Assembly (NCBI GenBank): GCA_048886185.1
Contig: JBHLKY010000001.1
Location: 150,001 to 182,000 of the forward strand
Length of the DNA: 32,000 bases
Direction of reading: 5' to 3'
Source of the DNA: Candidatus Hermodarchaeota archaeon
GTDB lineage: Archaea > Asgardarchaeota > Heimdallarchaeia > Hodarchaeales > Hodarchaeaceae
Numbering within the stretch: position 1 is the first letter of the stretch; each line of letters opens with the position of its first letter. The translations under genes were made by a program, and so were the position numbers. The notes below the pieces were generated by a model. It was not told where the DNA came from and made no database searches. It was given only the letters and a program-made list of their open reading frames with translations. Below, piece by piece: positions 27,445-32,000 of the stretch.

Positions 27445-29397
27445 CTAATGATGATTAAAGTACTTGTGGTGAGTTTCTAATTGTTTGATTACTTCTTTTT
27501 TAAATAAATCAGGTAATCTATAAAGCTCAAAAATTAAATCATCTAATGAACAACATAATTCTGATATTTTTCCTTTCTCAGTACAGAATGGACATAATTG
27601 TAAGAAAATCTCTTTAGAAGATGAAAACTGCTCAAGTGACTTGCTAAGGGAAGATACTTCTTCTTCGATTGAAGTGCAAATATCATTTTTCAAAGGATTA
27701 AGTCGAGGTAGGGGTATCAACCCTATATCTGCTGGCGGAACAGCTGCTGTTAGGTTAATCTGATGGATAAACCAGTTTATTAGAAGAGAGTTAAAAATTC
27801 CTAATAATAAATTAGTAGAAACATATATTGAAGTCGAATTACAATCTAAAAGAAAATAATTCAAGTTATTTTCGACCCAAATTCTGTTGTGAGTTTTAAG
27901 GTGGTCTTCCGAGATCAAACCAGAAACAACTCTACGTAATTGTTCTCTAGCAGTAATTCGTTGGAACACAATTCGGGGAGTATTGGCGTGCTTTTTTCGA
28001 AAGATAGTGTTATCCATTGATGATGGTTGTAAGTACCAACGAGGCTTATGGCGATTTTCTGATAGATTGATTATAAAAGGATGGACATTCTTCCCATTTA
28101 ATACAATCTCGAAATTTGAAATGTTATCTTTTTCAAGAATCTTTTTATAGTAAAAAGGTCGGATTTTGCTATCAGCAGGTCTTATTTCTCCGCTTTGAAT
28201 TTTGTATACATCTTTTAAACAGATAGAATTCTTTCTAATAAGCCTAATTATTTCAAATGTTTTAGGGTATGGTGAAGGAATAATTTTATCCTGAAAAAGT
28301 AGAAGGGGGGTTGAAATGTCACCTTCAGTAATTTCACCTAGGACTAATTCTTCTATATTACAGGTTCGTATTATATGAGTTTGCTCTTTTTCTTCACCCC
28401 CTTTCTTCTTCTGTAAAACTAATAAGCAGGTTCCTTGAAGAACATTAGGAAAGATATGAGTTCGACTTACAAAATCAACCACTTCGCGTAAATGGAATTG
28501 CGAGAGAAGGAATTTACGAACCTCTACACTATAATAATCAGTCAATACTGAATTTGAAGTTAAGAAAGTTGCGATTCCATCTGAAGTCAAAAGCTCATTC
28601 ACACGGGTTAAAAAAAGGTGATAAAGATTAAATCGATTAATAAATATCTGTTTTTGGTATAATTGGCGATAAATTTGGTTATCTTTTGATGAAATATCTT
28701 TTGTTACATAGGGTGGATTACATAAAACGAGATTAAAACCTTTATTTTCATGATTAAAAATTCTTGGAAATTCCTTATACCAATGAAAAAATTGATTTTC
28801 GTTAATACTTAATTCTTCTTTCTGGAGTAATTCAAGAAATCTTTTTTGATCTTCAGGTTTAGTACTTCCAAGTAAGACATTACCATGCCTAATCTGGTGA
28901 TTTAAAGTGTTCTGCACTTCTTTGAGCTTATTTTGAGTTAAATTGGATTCATTTTGTCCTAATAACCATTTTTTTAGCTCCTTTTGGCAAGTATGAATTG
29001 CTTTAGGATTAAAATCTACTCCATGTAAATTGTTCTGGATTATCTGAAATCTAACATCTGTTGAATCTGAGGAATTACAATGAATTGCTTCTAGAAATTT
29101 ACCTGCTTCTAAAAGAAAAACTCCATTTCCAACTCCAAGATCGAGAATTTTGATATCCTTTATTAGCTCTTGCATTTGTAGGCGTGTTGAATAATTAATG
29201 GTATCTTTAGGAATTTTTGATGCTGTTACCTGTGATAAGAATTTCAATAATAATTTTTTAGGTAATCGTTGGTGAAAAAATTGTTGGAATGCCGACCAGA
29301 CCACAAATTGAGCTAGTATGGTTGGTGTGTAATAGGTACCAAGCGATTCTTTCTTATTTGAGGATTTCACTTGTAACACCTGGTGAGACCCGTTCAT
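27445..29397 (-). CDS. Gamma-class N6-adenine DNA methyltransferase (M.TaqI/Eco57I-like) with C-terminal target-recognition domain
   Basis: GTYYTP, motif I LDLGVGNGVFL, HGVDFN, FHWYKEFP, motif IV LCNPPY, IVFQRIT in the C-terminal domain. Confidence 0.9.
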   Translation of the reverse strand: MNGSHQVLQVKSSNKKESLGTYYTPTILAQFVVWSAFQQFFHQRLPKKLLLKFLSQVTASKIPKDTINYSTRLQMQELIKDIKILDLGVGNGVFLLEAGKFLEAIHCNSSDSTDVRFQIIQNNLHGVDFNPKAIHTCQKELKKWLLGQNESNLTQNKLKEVQNTLNHQIRHGNVLLGSTKPEDQKRFLELLQKEELSINENQFFHWYKEFPRIFNHENKGFNLVLCNPPYVTKDISSKDNQIYRQLYQKQIFINRFNLYHLFLTRVNELLTSDGIATFLTSNSVLTDYYSVEVRKFLLSQFHLREVVDFVSRTHIFPNVLQGTCLLVLQKKKGGEEKEQTHIIRTCNIEELVLGEITEGDISTPLLLFQDKIIPSPYPKTFEIIRLIRKNSICLKDVYKIQSGEIRPADSKIRPFYYKKILEKDNISNFEIVLNGKNVHPFIINLSENRHKPRWYLQPSSMDNTIFRKKHANTPRIVFQRITAREQLRRVVSGLISEDHLKTHNRIWVENNLNYFLLDCNSTSIYVSTNLLLGIFNSLLINWFIHQINLTAAVPPADIGLIPLPRLNPLKNDICTSIEEEVSSLSKSLEQFSSSKEIFLQLCPFCTEKGKISELCCSLDDLIFELYRLPDLFKKEVIKQLETHHKYFNHH

Positions 29398-29412
29398 TTC
29401 AACAATAATTAT

Positions 29413-30213
29413 TTATAGAAAGCTGTCTAGATTGATGATTTGACTCCGATTAATATATTCAAGTCGAGATTGAAAAGATTTGGCATTTTCCAAATTCTTC
29501 TGAGACTCAAGAACATATTCTGGATTGATTTCAATCCCTAGATATTTGCGATCGAGGAGTTTAGCTACGATTGCAGTTGTTCCTACTCCAAGAAAAGGGT
29601 CGAAAACTAGGTCTCCTTCATCAGAAGATGTCAGAATTATCCTTTCCATGAAAGTTAAAGGTAATTGAGTAGGGTGTTTATCATGTCTCTTCTTTCTATG
29701 CTTGATTCTATAAATATTAGTCCAGATATCTGAAAATGGCTTTTCTATCAAAGGAGTATTGATTCGTTTATCAATACATTGTGCTCGTGCGCAATGAGTC
29801 CAATTATGCTTAGAAGTTAATTTGTTGAACGTGTACTTCTTGTTTGATTTTGTGTAGAAAAGTAATGAATAATGAGCAGGCATTATCTTACCACGGGGAG
29901 CTGATAAAGCATCCCAAGCGATGGTATTTTGTCGAAATAAGAATTTATCTAAAAAAACTGCATGATTAATAGCCCATTTTGGAAGATTTAATAGATAGAA
30001 CGATCCGTCTGGCTTTAATAATCGTACTATTTCAATAATCCATTTTTCAGCCCATTTAAGATAATTTTGAGTGGTAGTGGAATCATCATATATACCATAA
30101 TCTTTCTCCAGATTATAAGGAGGATCTGCAAAAGCTAAATCGACTATGCCTGAGGGAAGGTTTTTCATTTCTTCAATGCAATCCCCATTGATAATTCGAT
30201 TTTCAAAACTCAT
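29413..30213 (-). CDS. Beta-class N6/N4 DNA methyltransferase
   Basis: IINGDCIEEM, motif IV FADPPYN preceding HPTQLP and motif I VFDPFLGVGTT, YLGIEIN; own SD GGAGTGA 6 nt before the ATG. Confidence 0.93.
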   Translation of the reverse strand: MSFENRIINGDCIEEMKNLPSGIVDLAFADPPYNLEKDYGIYDDSTTTQNYLKWAEKWIIEIVRLLKPDGSFYLLNLPKWAINHAVFLDKFLFRQNTIAWDALSAPRGKIMPAHYSLLFYTKSNKKYTFNKLTSKHNWTHCARAQCIDKRINTPLIEKPFSDIWTNIYRIKHRKKRHDKHPTQLPLTFMERIILTSSDEGDLVFDPFLGVGTTAIVAKLLDRKYLGIEINPEYVLESQKNLENAKSFQSRLEYINRSQIINLDSFL

Positions 30214-31123
30214 AAGGATTCACTCCATCATAAGGAGCAAGAAGTAGAGTTGATGTAGAGGTGCATGATAAGTCAACTAATCGTTTTAAGACTGAAGAAA
30301 GTAGCGGATTTACTGTAATCAGTTGATTAGAAGAAAAATCTGGATGCCAAATGTCTGATAATACCATTCCATTTCTATGTCTAAGGTGTTTTTTTCCGCC
30401 ATAATCTTTTAGTGGTTTATTACAAAAGGAGCAAAAACGATATGGTATCCTAACACGATTAATTCTGAATTTTTTAGGAGATTTCACATAATACAAGATA
30501 CAATTTGCTTCTGATTTGTATTTTCTTGAAACATCAACATGAGGGATTTCCTCTGAATAAACAATCCAATATTTAAAATAAAGACCTAAATGATTAAGTT
30601 TAACACCAAAATAAGGTAAATAACGAGGAATTGAATGGATCAAAACATTTCCATTGGATTTTAGAATCCGTAAAGTCTCCTCTAGGTAGCCATAAACTTC
30701 TTTTATAAGTGATGAATTAGAAATGTTATGATATGACGAAGTATCTTGTTTCTCCTTAAATGTAAATTTTGGAAAAAGAATCCACGTATCAACACTTTGA
30801 TCCTTAATTTCAGCTAATTTCTTCATTTCAGACGATTGTAATACTATAAAGTTTGATGGAATGATATCCTTAACACTGTCCCTTCTATGTTTACGTGCTA
30901 GAAAACGTTCCTTTCCTGCCTCAGGATCCTTAATATTGTAAACTGCCATCAACTCTGATAATTTGAAGAATCCTTTTACCTTTAAGGGATTTTTAAGCTG
31001 TGTTCCATTTTTGTCATACTTTTTTAATAAACCACGTTCTATTTGTAGTCGGATGTTCTCCTCCGCATGATTGGAATAAATCACTGCATCTTTCAATGTT
31101 ATAAAACGATCACGTTTAGGCAT
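30203..31123 (-). CDS. HTH-fused degenerate beta-class methyltransferase homolog
   Basis: HTH-like N-terminus (ITLKDAVIYS...NIRLQIERGLLKKY); MTase-fold landmarks EIKDQSVDT, RILKSNGNVLI, FKYWIV, LKDYGG, LSDIW; motif IV reads FPKF and motif I reads APYDGVN followed by a stop. Confidence 0.75.
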   Translation of the reverse strand: MPKRDRFITLKDAVIYSNHAEENIRLQIERGLLKKYDKNGTQLKNPLKVKGFFKLSELMAVYNIKDPEAGKERFLARKHRRDSVKDIIPSNFIVLQSSEMKKLAEIKDQSVDTWILFPKFTFKEKQDTSSYHNISNSSLIKEVYGYLEETLRILKSNGNVLIHSIPRYLPYFGVKLNHLGLYFKYWIVYSEEIPHVDVSRKYKSEANCILYYVKSPKKFRINRVRIPYRFCSFCNKPLKDYGGKKHLRHRNGMVLSDIWHPDFSSNQLITVNPLLSSVLKRLVDLSCTSTSTLLLAPYDGVNPYEF

Positions 31124-31238
31124 TCCAATCGAGCTTTTTTGATGATCTAAGAATTATAAGGATTGTGCTTGATATTTTCCCACTGAGAAGTTTTTAACTG
31201 ATTAATTATAGCCTCCTCTTACTTTAGGAGTAACTATT

Positions 31239-32000
31239 ATGGTAAAAACGGAGGTTTTAGTTGTTGGTGGGGGCCCCGCAGGAGTGATTTCAGCCCTAAC
31301 GGCTGCCAAATTAGGCCGAAAAGTGATTTTGATAGATTCTAAATCATATGAAGAAATTGGTAACAAGGTTTGTGGTGATGCGTTAAATCTAGCTCCAGCC
31401 ACATTCTTAGAAGAAAAACTAGGGCTTGAAAAGCCTCATGGTGAAGAGGTTGCCGAAATTGTGGAACATTTAATTTTTATGACTTCCAAAGCTGATTTTC
31501 CAATCCAAGGGGATGGTTATGTATTGAATCGCCATCCATATGGTCAACGGCTCCTAAAGAAAGCTATTGAATATGGTGTTGAAGTTCGTGCAGAAACTAA
31601 AGCAATAAAAGCAATTACTGATGCAGGTTTTGTGAAAGGGGCCGTAGTTCGAGATAAGAGTAAAAAAGAAACATATGAAATTTTTGCAAGCGTAACAATC
31701 GATTGTAGCGGTAGAAACTTCCAAATACGCCGTACTCTCCCAGAAGATGACTTTCCTCTTCTTGAAAAGGAGATGGAGAAACGAGACATCGCTGTTTCTT
31801 ATCGTGAAATTATTAGATTAAAAGAAGAGGATCACCCTTATCAGAATAAGATTTTTTTGATTTATCGTAAGGAAATTCCTGAACCTGGTTATTTCTGGGT
31901 CTTTTCTAAAGGTCCGAAAAGACTCAATGTTGGGATTGGTTGGTTCCTGGAGCCAAGACACAAAGGGATGAAAGATTGCTACCAAGAAGTTTTACATAAA
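31239..32000 (+). CDS. Geranylgeranyl reductase-family FAD oxidoreductase (3' end runs off the window)
   Basis: Not in the ORF track. AGGAG at 31226-31230, then MVKTEVLVVGGGPAG..., KVCGDA, LNRHPYGQRL, IDCSG, GYFWVFSKG..LNVGIG. Confidence 0.9.
   Translation, partial: MVKTEVLVVGGGPAGVISALTAAKLGRKVILIDSKSYEEIGNKVCGDALNLAPATFLEEKLGLEKPHGEEVAEIVEHLIFMTSKADFPIQGDGYVLNRHPYGQRLLKKAIEYGVEVRAETKAIKAITDAGFVKGAVVRDKSKKETYEIFASVTIDCSGRNFQIRRTLPEDDFPLLEKEMEKRDIAVSYREIIRLKEEDHPYQNKIFLIYRKEIPEPGYFWVFSKGPKRLNVGIGWFLEPRHKGMKDCYQEVLHK

Noticed and set aside
24877-31789. Track ORFs 24877, 26253, 31202 and 31544
   Set aside because: Antisense to the longin genes or the geranylgeranyl reductase.
1-32000. Prophage, integrative element, CRISPR array, tRNA or rRNA
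   Set aside because: No integrase, transposase, capsid or replication genes, regular repeat-spacer units, att-like repeats or cloverleaf motifs were seen; housekeeping genes run throughout.

Overview
AT-rich archaeal chromosomal window, most likely from an Asgard archaeon (inferred from two longin-fold proteins, an archaeal DnaJ-zinc-finger RecJ-like nuclease and a geranylgeranyl-reductase-family gene). It holds about 27 intact or edge-truncated CDSs and one pseudogene; I found no rRNA, tRNA, CRISPR array, integrase or transposase. Seven DNA-methyltransferase-fold genes of at least four architectures sit at four positions among housekeeping genes, with no recognisable restriction endonuclease. 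Main leads: (1) an HTH-fused, catalytically degenerate beta-class MTase translationally coupled to an intact beta-class MTase, a candidate active/pseudo heterodimer; (2) a four-gene longin locus (3-TM protein, longin plus two winged helices, tandem longin, and a 59-aa ORF missed by the ORF track that is a gap-free 28/51-identical copy of the tandem-longin C-terminus); (3) a same-strand MTase-MTase-DUF47-PiT-MTase run; (4) a zinc-ribbon-PspC fusion interrupted by two in-frame stops. Family calls come from motif recognition by eye, not database searches.
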